From NCBI GenBank assembly GCA_963850305.1, contig CAWKKR010000007.1:800001-864000 (forward strand): DNA of 64,000 nucleotides, in the 5' to 3' direction. The notes under the pieces are model-generated. The model did not search any database, was not told the origin of the DNA, and worked only from the letters and a program-made list of their open reading frames with translations. Below, in pieces: positions 1 to 8,442 of the stretch. The position numbers and the translations under genes were made by a program. This DNA comes from an uncultured delta proteobacterium. GTDB taxonomy: Bacteria; Myxococcota_A; Polyangia; Polyangiales; Polyangiaceae. Each line of letters starts with the position of its first letter. Within the stretch, counting starts at the first letter, position 1.

Positions 1-255
1 ATCTGGACGTCGTTCGTCGTCGCGGGGGAGCGGCTCGACGCGTTCGCGCCGGTCCTCGAAGACCACGCGGCCATCACCGAACAGCACTGGGCCGGGCGCG
101 GCAAACAGCTCCTCCGCGACGGCAAGGACCTCGTCTTTTACGTGACGCGCGCCCGCGTCCCCATGCCGAAGAGCACACGCGAACTGGTCGCCCGGTGCGA
201 CGAGTTCCGCGCCTCGTGCGACCGGACCTCGGGCGTCGAACGGAGTGTCGCATGA
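1..255 (+). CDS. 3' end of an unidentified protein (partial at window edge)
   Basis: Frame 1 is open from base 1 to TGA at 253-255 (IWTSFVVAGERLDAFAPVLED...ERSVA*) with GC-rich third codon positions. Confidence 0.6.
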   Translation: MWTSFVVAGERLDAFAPVLEDHAAITEQHWAGRGKQLLRDGKDLVFYVTRARVPMPKSTRELVARCDEFRASCDRTSGVERSVA

Positions 256-342
256 AGATGGTTGCTGCGGCCCGGGACGTCTGACCACAAGAATCTTCCC
301 GACTTCTCATCACCTTCGTGTCTGACGTGACGCCGTCGCTAC

Positions 343-789
343 GTGGTTGACGCGACCCGCAATTCACACGACAAGCTCCGGGTGGGCCAGTTCCGGACCG
401 CCGCCATCTTCAGAGGAGCGCTGATTGGCGGCATCGCCGCCGGTATCCTGGACCTCGGTCTGTACTTCGTCGGCAAGGCGTCGGGCGCCAGCTTTCTGGT
501 GGTGCAGAAGGGCTCCGTGCCCAGGTCCATCCCACCATTCATGCCTGTCGCAAATTGCGTCCTCGGAGCGCTCGTCGCGGCGGCCGTGCTGACCGGTCTC
601 GTGAAGTTCTTCGGCGAGCGGGCCTGGTGGCTCTTCACCATGGTGGCCGCCGTCGTGTTCGTGATCTTCTTCACGCTGCCGATCACCACGCTGCCCGGCG
701 ACACGAGATCGATCGCGTTTCTCGAGCTGATGCACATCCCCGCCACGCTCGGCATCGTGGGCGGCATCTGGCGCTTCGGAAGAGGTTGA
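343..789 (+). CDS. Small 4-TM membrane protein (DUF6069-like)
   Basis: Four hydrophobic segments and C-terminal LELMHIPA; start uncertain. Confidence 0.65.
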   Translation: MVDATRNSHDKLRVGQFRTAAIFRGALIGGIAAGILDLGLYFVGKASGASFLVVQKGSVPRSIPPFMPVANCVLGALVAAAVLTGLVKFFGERAWWLFTMVAAVVFVIFFTLPITTLPGDTRSIAFLELMHIPATLGIVGGIWRFGRG

Positions 790-814
790 GCACGCCACGC
801 GGCCGCGTCGCGAC

Positions 815-1507
815 TCAGTGACAGCTTGCGCCGCCGTCCGGGAGCAGGACACACTCTTGCCCCGCCTTGCAGGTCAGGCCGCTGCAAGGGTCCGGAATGC
901 ACACTCCCGCGTCCGATTCGACGACGCAGCGTGCGCCGGACTTGCACGTGACGCCGCTGCAAGGGTTCTGAACGCACATCCCCGTTCCGTCGGGTTGGAG
1001 GATGCAGTCCTGCCCCGCCTTGCACGTGACGCTGCTGCAAGGGTCCGGGATGCACCCAGCCGTTCCATCGGTCGCGACGGTGCAGATCTGGCCCACCTTG
1101 CACGCGATGCTGGCGCACGACTCCTTCGGCGCGCATGCGCCGAGGTGGGCGGCAGTGACGCCGGCCTTCGCCATATCGCACAGATTGTCGTACGTCTGGT
1201 CGTCGCAACCGCATACCGGGTTCGAAGTGGCGCGACACGAGGTTGGTCTTGCCAGACAGAGCCCCCACGTTCGCGGCCCCGGACACCCTCCGGGGGTGAT
1301 CGTCACGCACACGCTGTCCGTCGAGCAGGTACGACTCGCAGGTCCGCCGCAGATACCGGGTAGCGACAGGTCGTCTTGCACCACTCCGCTCGAAATGGGC
1401 TCCGATGGGGAGTCCGCACTGCTACACCCGGCCGAAGCGAGGCTCAGCAGTAGTCCGAGACCCGGTCCCCCGGTGATCGCGCACACATACGCCGCACATG
1501 CTCTCAT
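815..1507 (-). CDS. Cys-rich lipoprotein: Kazal-type domain plus four follistatin-N-like repeats
   Basis: GGGGGA upstream of ATG 1507; lipobox-like LASAGC; Kazal signature PVCGCDDQTYDNLC; C-x4-C-x5-C-xn-C repeats. Confidence 0.8.
   Translation of the reverse strand: MRACAAYVCAITGGPGLGLLLSLASAGCSSADSPSEPISSGVVQDDLSLPGICGGPASRTCSTDSVCVTITPGGCPGPRTWGLCLARPTSCRATSNPVCGCDDQTYDNLCDMAKAGVTAAHLGACAPKESCASIACKVGQICTVATDGTAGCIPDPCSSVTCKAGQDCILQPDGTGMCVQNPCSGVTCKSGARCVVESDAGVCIPDPCSGLTCKAGQECVLLPDGGASCH
818..1120 (-). repeat. Intragenic tandem repeat of about 72-78 nt (4 copies) encoding (D/N)PCSxxTCKxGxxC...C
   Basis: GCTGCAAGGGT recurs on the + strand near 880, 956 and 1034; peptide repeats are visible in the translation. 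Confidence 0.8.
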
Positions 1508-1697
1508 GGATGAGTCCCCCTGGTTGAGCCCGCCTCTCACGGACCGAGCGGCTCTTGACCTGGGGCGCCGCGTGAGCGACGTCAATGCGGAGGAGCGCGA
1601 CTCTTATCTGGCCGTCGCGGCGTTCGGCGCGACCGCGCCGTATCCCGTCGGCTCGAGCGTCTTGTTGTCCCGTCGCGAATGACGGATGCTCGCGCCC

Positions 1698-1880
1698 ATG
1701 AGTGACGCAGAGACGGTGCTCGTGACCGGAGGTTCGGGGTTCATCGGCGGCGACGGGATCCTGCGGTTGCTCGCCGCCGGGTACCGCGTGAAAACGGCGG
1801 TGCACAAGCTTGCGCGCGAGCCCGAAGTGCCGTTCGCGGGGGAGAGCCTGGTGAAGCTCGTAGTCGTCAAAGCCGGCTAG
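1698..1880 (+). pseudogene. N-terminal fragment of an NAD-dependent epimerase/dehydratase (extended SDR)
   Basis: TVLVTGGSGFIG Rossmann motif, but only about 60 aa and no catalytic domain before the next gene. Confidence 0.6.
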
Positions 1881-1884
1881 TCGG

Positions 1885-2490
1885 ATGAATCAGACCGTCG
1901 AGGCCGAGATCGCCCGCGCGTGGCACTCGCGGCTCGTGCCGCGGATCCTTACCCTCGTCGCGGTTGCATACTTCGCTTGCATCTGGCTCGATGCGGCCGG
2001 GAGCCGCCTTCACGAACGTATATTTCCGGCCGCCCTCACGTATTTCACCCAGGTCGCCGCGCTCTTTCCAAAAGCAGCGATGGACGTGCTCGAGTACCGC
2101 GTGGAGGGCTGGGACTGCGCGAGCGCGCGCTGGAGAGAAATCGATGCGCGGATCGATTTTCCGATGGACGCGGACAGCAAGGAAAACCGCTTCTATCGGG
2201 TACTCCATTTCTTCCGACAGACCCGTCCGGTGATGCGTGCCCTCGACGAGTTCCTGGTGAGCCGGCACAACGCGCGCGTGAGCCTGGGTGGCGAAAGAAT
2301 CGGATTCATCGGGGGGATCCGCACCCAGAGCATCCGCGTCCCGCTCCCCAAACCAGGTGACAAGAGCCAACCTTACAGGCGGCTCCCGGCGGACTCGTAT
2401 CCGACGGACGAGCACCACTATTGGTATTGGACGCCGGGGTCACGACGCGCGGAGCGCTGCGGGGCGTCTTCGCCAGCAGGTGGTGAATGA
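1885..2490 (+). CDS. Membrane-anchored hypothetical protein, partner of the HTTM gene (SdpA/DUF5819-like)
   Basis: N-terminal TM, then YFTQVAALFP motif; ends 1 nt before the HTTM start. Confidence 0.65.
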   Translation: MNQTVEAEIARAWHSRLVPRILTLVAVAYFACIWLDAAGSRLHERIFPAALTYFTQVAALFPKAAMDVLEYRVEGWDCASARWREIDARIDFPMDADSKENRFYRVLHFFRQTRPVMRALDEFLVSRHNARVSLGGERIGFIGGIRTQSIRVPLPKPGDKSQPYRRLPADSYPTDEHHYWYWTPGSRRAERCGASSPAGGE

Positions 2491-2491
2491 G

Positions 2492-3412
2492 ATGAGGTCG
2501 TTCGACGCCTGGCTCGACGAGCCACAGCCGATCGCCAGGCTGGAGCTGATCCGCATCTGCGCGCCGCTCGCGATCCTCGGCTTCCTGTCCTCGCGCCTGG
2601 CGTACGTCGAAGATTGGGTCGGCGACAGCGGCTTCCGGCTTCCGGAATTCCACGACGCCCTCCGTCATCCCGTCGACGTGCCCGCGCTCTCCGACACGAG
2701 CGCCCAGCTCTTCGGGGTTATCGTCATCGCTTCGGCGCTCGCGCTTTCCGCTGGATTTCATCCTAGAAAGGCGGCACTGCTGCTCGGCGTGTGCGTCGCC
2801 TATGCGGCGCTCGGGGACCGGCTGTCCACGTTCACGGTGACCAAGATCACGCCGGTGATCGCGTTCGCTCTGGCGGCGAGCCCGTGCGGTTCGGCGTATA
2901 GCGTGCACGCATGGCTCCGGCGCAGGGCCAACCCAGAGTACCGCGCGCCCGACCAGGTTTGCGGTGGCTCGGTACGGTTCTTCCAGGTATTTTTGTGTGT
3001 TTTTTATGCTTCATCGGGGCTCGCCAAGGTGCGGGGGGATTGGCTCACGCATCCGTTCGTTCTGTGGACACACTTGCACGATAGCCAGCAGACCTGGGTC
3101 TCGGTGCTCATGGCGAACACGCTCCCTGCGGCCGGGTGGACCATCGCTCAGGGCGCCGTACTCCTGTTCGAGGTGTTCGCCCCTCTCTGGTTCGCCTTCG
3201 GACGCACGCGAACGGCGGCCCTCGTGTTCGCGATCGGAATGCACGCGTTCATCGGGATGTGTTTCTGGCCCGTCCGCTGGTTCGCGCTCCTGATGATCTC
3301 GCTCTTGCTGGGCGCTTTCGTGTCGGAACGAACGCTCCAAATGACGGAGGACCGGCTCGACGCGTGGATCTCCAAGCCGGGCGAAGGCCGGAATGGATGG
3401 GGCCGCGAATGA
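2492..3412 (+). CDS. HTTM-domain integral membrane protein (SdpB / vitamin K-dependent carboxylase-like)
   Basis: Multiple TMs; YSVHAW segment; FYASSGLAKVRGDW; FEVFAPL and MHAFIG motifs. Confidence 0.8.
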   Translation: MRSFDAWLDEPQPIARLELIRICAPLAILGFLSSRLAYVEDWVGDSGFRLPEFHDALRHPVDVPALSDTSAQLFGVIVIASALALSAGFHPRKAALLLGVCVAYAALGDRLSTFTVTKITPVIAFALAASPCGSAYSVHAWLRRRANPEYRAPDQVCGGSVRFFQVFLCVFYASSGLAKVRGDWLTHPFVLWTHLHDSQQTWVSVLMANTLPAAGWTIAQGAVLLFEVFAPLWFAFGRTRTAALVFAIGMHAFIGMCFWPVRWFALLMISLLLGAFVSERTLQMTEDRLDAWISKPGEGRNGWGRE

Positions 3413-3430
3413 AATCCTGACCTCGAGACG

Positions 3431-3907
3431 CTACTGTCCCGAGCGTCCGAGCGCCGCGATCACTTCCGGCGGCGCCTGGACGAGCTCGAGGAGCGTGCCC
3501 TGGGCGCCGACGGGGAACTCGTCGTTGCCCTTGGGATGGACGAAGCACACGTCATAGCCGGAGGCGCCGCGGCGGATGCCGCCGGGGGTGAAGCGGACGC
3601 CGTTCTTGCCGAGCCATTCGACGGCGGCTTTCAGATCGTCCACCCAGAGGCCGAAGTGATTGAGCTGGGGTACGTGGACCTTCGGGCTCTTCTCGGGATC
3701 GATGGGCTGCATCAGGTCGATCTCGACGGAGAGTGGACCGTGACCGATGCGCGCGATGTCCTCGTCGACGTTTTCCTTGTCGCTGCGGTAGTTGCCGACG
3801 CGTTCGAGCCCCATCAAATCGATCCAGAAACGGCCGAGCTCCGTCTTGTCGAGCGCGCCGACGGCGATTTGCTGGATGCCGAGAATGCGGAAAGGTCGAG
3901 TGGACAT
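3431..3907 (-). CDS. VOC/glyoxalase family protein (methylmalonyl-CoA epimerase-like)
   Basis: [23 protein letters not shown] and LLELVQ motifs. Confidence 0.85.
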   Translation of the reverse strand: MSTRPFRILGIQQIAVGALDKTELGRFWIDLMGLERVGNYRSDKENVDEDIARIGHGPLSVEIDLMQPIDPEKSPKVHVPQLNHFGLWVDDLKAAVEWLGKNGVRFTPGGIRRGASGYDVCFVHPKGNDEFPVGAQGTLLELVQAPPEVIAALGRSGQ

Positions 3908-3933
3908 GGGGACGATCTATCGCCCCGGCAGGC

Positions 3934-4683
3934 CTATGGGAAGCGAAGTTGGACGCCGATGTTCACGAGCAGCGTCGCGCTGATTTCGCGGAGCACTCCC
4001 ACGTCGAGCCCGGCGTTCAGGAAGACGCCGAACGCCTTTGCAAAGTCGTACTGCGGACCGATGCCGACGTGAAAGATCATGTCCTTCTTGTACTGGGGGT
4101 GGAGGCCCAGGTCCCAGTTCGGATTCCCCGCGCCGCTCTCGAGCTCGTAGGCGAGAGCCGGCTCGATGAATACCTTGAGCCGCGAATCCGACATCGTGTA
4201 GATGCGCGCGCCCACACCGAACAGCTCGAGCGGCTTGGTGTTCGACTGGGACTCACCGGAAAACCCGAAGCGGCCGAACACGTAGGGTTCCACGCTGTCC
4301 AGCGGGGCAAAGCTGAGCGCGATCTCGCTCGCTGGCGGCGCGCCGAATCCGCAGATCTTCTGCTGATCGTCGACCGACTGGGTGTGGTCGAACGGCTTGC
4401 AATACGGAGACTGGTCGTACCGAAAGTCGATCTTGTACCCGACCACGATCCCCGCGCGCAGACCGAACTGCATGCCGTGGCCGAAGGTCGCGTCCTCGCC
4501 GTTCTCGCGGTCGGGCTCGTGTGGCTTCGCTTCCGCGGGTTTCGGTGCCGTCGGCTCGGGCGCCGCGGCGTCATTCTTTTCCGTCCCGAGGTTCGTCTGG
4601 CTCGCGGACGCTTCGTCTTTCGCGAAGGACGCGGATGTGGCCAGGAACAAGGCGGCGCCAGTAAGGAGTCTGAGATGGGTCAC
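3934..4683 (-). CDS. Outer-membrane beta-barrel protein
   Basis: Signal peptide (ASFA), amphipathic beta strands, C-terminal IGVQLRFP; GTG start inferred. Confidence 0.7.
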   Translation of the reverse strand: MTHLRLLTGAALFLATSASFAKDEASASQTNLGTEKNDAAAPEPTAPKPAEAKPHEPDRENGEDATFGHGMQFGLRAGIVVGYKIDFRYDQSPYCKPFDHTQSVDDQQKICGFGAPPASEIALSFAPLDSVEPYVFGRFGFSGESQSNTKPLELFGVGARIYTMSDSRLKVFIEPALAYELESGAGNPNWDLGLHPQYKKDMIFHVGIGPQYDFAKAFGVFLNAGLDVGVLREISATLLVNIGVQLRFP

Positions 4684-4928
4684 GAGGGCCAACGATAGAC
4701 CAGACGAAGGGGGTTTTGCGATCGGCGCGGGTTCGGGCGCGCGTGCGTGGAACTGGATGGCCTCCTGTCCTGGAGAAATACTCGTTTCATGCGCGTTCAC
4801 GGGATCGGGCGGCCAGCACGGCGGCGGACCAGCGTACCCGATCCGCGACTCCGATTCGCGGCCAACAAGTCTGAGCGGCGCGGCCGTCCGCCGCTCTCGG
4901 CCGAGGTCATCGAGCAGCCGTGCGCGCC

Positions 4929-5180
4929 TCATCCTCCGGAACAGGCAATGAGGCCTGCGGCGTCACTTCTCGGGGTGTCGTTTGCGGGATCGACGAACCG
5001 AAGAAGGCGTTGCGCGTTCGGTGGGCACTGCTGGACGAGCTCGGCGGAGCCCAGACCCTGGCTCGGGTCGACGTAGCACCAGCCGAGCGCGGTCGGGTCC
5101 GGCGTGACGTCCCGACACGACGCGTCCGCTTGCTGGATGACGCATACATCACGCGCCCTCTGCTTGCAGGGCCCGTCTCG
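4929..5180 (-). pseudogene. Orphan C-terminal fragment of a large myxobacterial Cys-rich lipoprotein
   Basis: GWCYVDPSQGLGSAELVQQCPP..LRFV..LIAC resembles C-termini I recall from Polyangiaceae hypothetical proteins; no plausible 5' part. Confidence 0.45.
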
Positions 5181-5475
5181 CGGCGTTGACGACGTTCGCC
5201 GACGCGACCGTGCGCCCCGGCAAGGACGTGCAGCCCGGTTCGTTCCCACTCCACTCACCCCATCAGGCTACAGAGAAGGGCGGAAGACGACAAGCGCAGC
5301 GCGATTCCTAGCCGGTCGCGGAAGCGAGTAACTACTCGGAGTCCGCCGTTTCCTCGGTGTGCGGAGCCATGACGAGGTGCGACGTGAGGATCGCTGAAGA
5401 CGAACAGATCCAAGCGTCGGCACCGAAAGCTCGCTACGTCGCCGAAGGGTTCGGCCCCTGGCGTGAGCCCCCGAC

Positions 5476-7269
5476 TCAGGTCTTCGCTGCGGTCGGATTC
5501 GCACTGCCCGCGGTCGTCCAGGCGCGTTCGACGCCGACGGCTACCCAGTCGAGCTTCGTCGTCTGACCGCCGTTCGAGACCGAGATCGGATCGGTTCCGT
5601 TCCACGACGCCGGATCCGGCAGAGCGAGGGTCGACGCATTGGCGAGAGTCTTGACCGCCTCGCTTTCCCCGGTGAGCGCGACGATGCCGAGGCCGGCAAA
5701 GACGGGAACGCTGCCACTCGGGATGTACGGCGCGATGACGGCGCGGAGATGCGGCACGAGGGCGGGCGCCCGGTCGGCGGCCCAGCGGACGTCTTCGAGC
5801 GATGAAAGGACGAGGGCGCTCGGTTGAGTGGGTGCGCGCAGCTCCGCGAGGACCGCGAGCGTGGCGCCACCGGTCCAGGCGCGTGGCGCACCGTCGCCCG
5901 GGGAGACGGGGCTGCGCTCCGTGGGCTCTTTGCCCTTGCTCTTGATGCGCCGCACGACGAGCACGTCGTCCGTCGGCAGCGCGCGGGGCACCGTGACGCG
6001 CACGGGGCGCTTGAAGCCGCGCGGGTCGCCGACCTGTCCCGACGCGACCGCGTACGCGAGTGTCTCGGCCGACGCCACGACGAAGCGTTGCGACCTCGAG
6101 AGGCCTGGCTCCGGGTCGAAGGTGCGGAGCGAGAGTCCGCCCTCCCTCGGCGGATATAGGTCCGCGGTGATCACTCGACGGTCGGGCTCGACGATACGCG
6201 CGCCCGTCGCGATGAGATCGACGAGGGCTCCGGACTTCGCGAGCACCTCGAGCACTTGCCTGGACGGCGGCGCGATGAGGAAGTCGAGTCGCGGAGGTAC
6301 CTTCTTGCTCTTGAGGAGCGCTGCGGCGGCGAGCATGTCGCGGAGCGACGCGCCGGAGTCCCCACCGAGGATCACCTGGTGCACGGGCTTGCCATCGAGC
6401 TCGCGCACGGGACGTACGACGCCGGCCTCGTCCATGACTAGTGGGTCGACAGCGGAGAGATCGATGGTGATGACGTCGTCACACGGCGCGCCGGGGTCGG
6501 GGACGAGCGCGCGGTGCGCCTTCGAGCGGCGCTGATCGCGGAGGTAAACCTCCGTTTTCTCGTCGCTCACGAAGACGGCGCCCGCGGCGCCGAGCTGCGG
6601 CGCGAGAGCGCAGAGTACGGCGCGCTCCGGCACGGACAGGAGCCGCGCGCTCGGACCGGCGAACTCGAGCACCACGGGCGCTCGGTGTTCGCGATCGATC
6701 CGCTCGATGACCTCGCCGAGACCGCGACGGAGCAGTTCGAGCGCGACGTCACGGACGCACACGAACGGGCGGACGCGGCCCGACAGGAGGATCTGTACGC
6801 TCCGCGGAGGGCGCAGCCAGAGCGAGCCGGTCGCGAGCACTTCTCCGATCTGCGACGGCGAGACGACCAGGGTCAGCATTCCCGCGCCGCCGACGGCCGC
6901 CATCCGCGGGTCGTCCGTGATGGCGAGACGCGCAGGGGCGGCGAATCGCTCGAGATGCACGGCGGCGGGAAAGCCGATGCCGGGGCGCGCGACGAGGAGG
7001 CCGTACCCGAGCGCATTCCGGAGCCCCGCGTTCTCGACTTCCCCGGCGATCGAGACGCAGTGGGTGTCGTAAATGAGCGCGACCTCGACGGCCGCCTTCT
7101 TCATGCCGAGACGCTCCGCCTCCGCGACGGCCCGGTTGGGCTCGCGTGAGAGGACCACCTGGTCGACTTTGAGACGCACCAGATCACCCCCGAGAAGCGG
7201 GTCGTCAGCCCGTCCCGCGAGGATCTTCTGGGGCATCGTGCGAGGCGGATCGCCCGCTTTCGCGCGCAT
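5476..7269 (-). CDS. Aconitase-family protein lacking Fe-S ligands and catalytic motifs
   Basis: Scaffold motifs QKIL, PGIG..VHLERF, GAGML, LEFAGP, ITIDLS and GDPR; positions of GSCTN and CxxC carry GGDSG and DRRV. Confidence 0.85.
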   Translation of the reverse strand: MRAKAGDPPRTMPQKILAGRADDPLLGGDLVRLKVDQVVLSREPNRAVAEAERLGMKKAAVEVALIYDTHCVSIAGEVENAGLRNALGYGLLVARPGIGFPAAVHLERFAAPARLAITDDPRMAAVGGAGMLTLVVSPSQIGEVLATGSLWLRPPRSVQILLSGRVRPFVCVRDVALELLRRGLGEVIERIDREHRAPVVLEFAGPSARLLSVPERAVLCALAPQLGAAGAVFVSDEKTEVYLRDQRRSKAHRALVPDPGAPCDDVITIDLSAVDPLVMDEAGVVRPVRELDGKPVHQVILGGDSGASLRDMLAAAALLKSKKVPPRLDFLIAPPSRQVLEVLAKSGALVDLIATGARIVEPDRRVITADLYPPREGGLSLRTFDPEPGLSRSQRFVVASAETLAYAVASGQVGDPRGFKRPVRVTVPRALPTDDVLVVRRIKSKGKEPTERSPVSPGDGAPRAWTGGATLAVLAELRAPTQPSALVLSSLEDVRWAADRAPALVPHLRAVIAPYIPSGSVPVFAGLGIVALTGESEAVKTLANASTLALPDPASWNGTDPISVSNGGQTTKLDWVAVGVERAWTTAGSANPTAAKT

Positions 7270-7518
7270 GAGGCTAATACTCGCGTACCGTTGTGTGCAT
7301 CCGGATGTCGGCCCCCGAGGCGGCGGCGAAGGTAGCCGTTCGGCTAGAGGGGGGTCAAGGTGGGTTTGGGGTTCCTGGCAGTCTTCTTACGGGATTCAAG
7401 GGGATGGGCTTTGCTTTGGAGGGGGCTAGGGGACTGGTGGGCTGGCTGGTGGGGTCGCCCCCCGCTAATCGCCCCCGGATCCATCAGGCGAAACATTCAC
7501 TCGGCCCTGGAAAAAAGC

Positions 7519-7524
7519 TACGCT
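7519..7524 (+). promoter_or_regulatory. Putative -10 box TACGCT, 7 nt before the mglC ATG
   Basis: TANNNT-N7-ATG with no usable SD spacing. Confidence 0.45.
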
Positions 7525-7531
7525 GAAGGGC

Positions 7532-7891
7532 ATGTTCAAAGAGGCGCTGAAAGGCGTGGTCGATGCGACCGACGGGGGGCTCGCAGGCCTGCTCATGGAC
7601 TTCGAGGGGATTCCGCTCGAGGTCTACGCCAAGGACGGAACGCCGTTCGACATCGAGGCGGTCGGGGCGGAAATCAGCGTCGTGGTGAAGGCGATTCAGC
7701 GCGCGACGGAGATGCTCGACGCGGGGGTGACCAAGGAGGTCGCGTTCAAGAGCGACAAGATGGTGACGCTGATCCGTGTGCTCGACGAGAATTACTTCCT
7801 GGCGCTCGCGCTCGCGCCCGAAGGCAACTTCGGCAAGGGGCGTTACTTGCTCCGGACCTCGGCGCCGAAGTTCCTGGAGCAGCTCGTCTGA
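7532..7891 (+). CDS. mglC: Roadblock/LC7 protein, MglC-like polarity factor
   Basis: C-terminus YFLALALAPEGNFGKGRYLLRTSAPK closely matches the M. xanthus MglC C-terminus as I recall it; LMDFEGI motif. Confidence 0.8.
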   Translation: MFKEALKGVVDATDGGLAGLLMDFEGIPLEVYAKDGTPFDIEAVGAEISVVVKAIQRATEMLDAGVTKEVAFKSDKMVTLIRVLDENYFLALALAPEGNFGKGRYLLRTSAPKFLEQLV

Positions 7892-7895
7892 GTTC

Positions 7896-8411
7896 ATGGC
7901 CTCGAAGAAAGCGGCCTCGAGGGGAACGTCACCGAAGATTCTCGTCCTGAGCGGGCCGAATCTCGATCGTCTGGGCCGGCGCGAGCCCGAGATCTACGGG
8001 CACGACACGCTCCGCGACATTCACGCACGGCTCGAGGGGCTGGCGGCGTCACGCGGCGCGACCGTGGATTGCCGGCAGACGAATCACGAGGGCCTGCTCG
8101 TGGATTGGATCGGCGCGGCGCCGGACGAGGGCTTCTCGGGCATCCTGCTCAACGCGGGCGCCTACACGCACACGTCCCTCGCCCTCTACGATGCCATCAA
8201 GTGGGCGCGCATGCCGACGATCGAGGTGCATATCTCGAACCCGGACGCGCGGGAGTCCTTCCGGCACGTGTCCACGATCGCTGCCGCCTGCCGGGCGCGC
8301 GTGGCCGGCTTCGGGCCCGCGAGCTACACGGTGGCGCTCGACGGATTGCTCGGTCTCCTCGCCAAGACACCGGCCCCTGCGAGGCGCCGGCCTGCGCCGG
8401 CGCGCCGTTGA
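7896..8411 (+). CDS. aroQ: Type II 3-dehydroquinate dehydratase
   Basis: GPNLDRLGRREPEIYG, NAGAYTHTS and EVHISN..RESFRH. Confidence 0.95.
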   Translation: MASKKAASRGTSPKILVLSGPNLDRLGRREPEIYGHDTLRDIHARLEGLAASRGATVDCRQTNHEGLLVDWIGAAPDEGFSGILLNAGAYTHTSLALYDAIKWARMPTIEVHISNPDARESFRHVSTIAAACRARVAGFGPASYTVALDGLLGLLAKTPAPARRRPAPARR

Positions 8412-8442
8412 CACGGCCCATCCCGGCCGCAACCCTCGGGCA

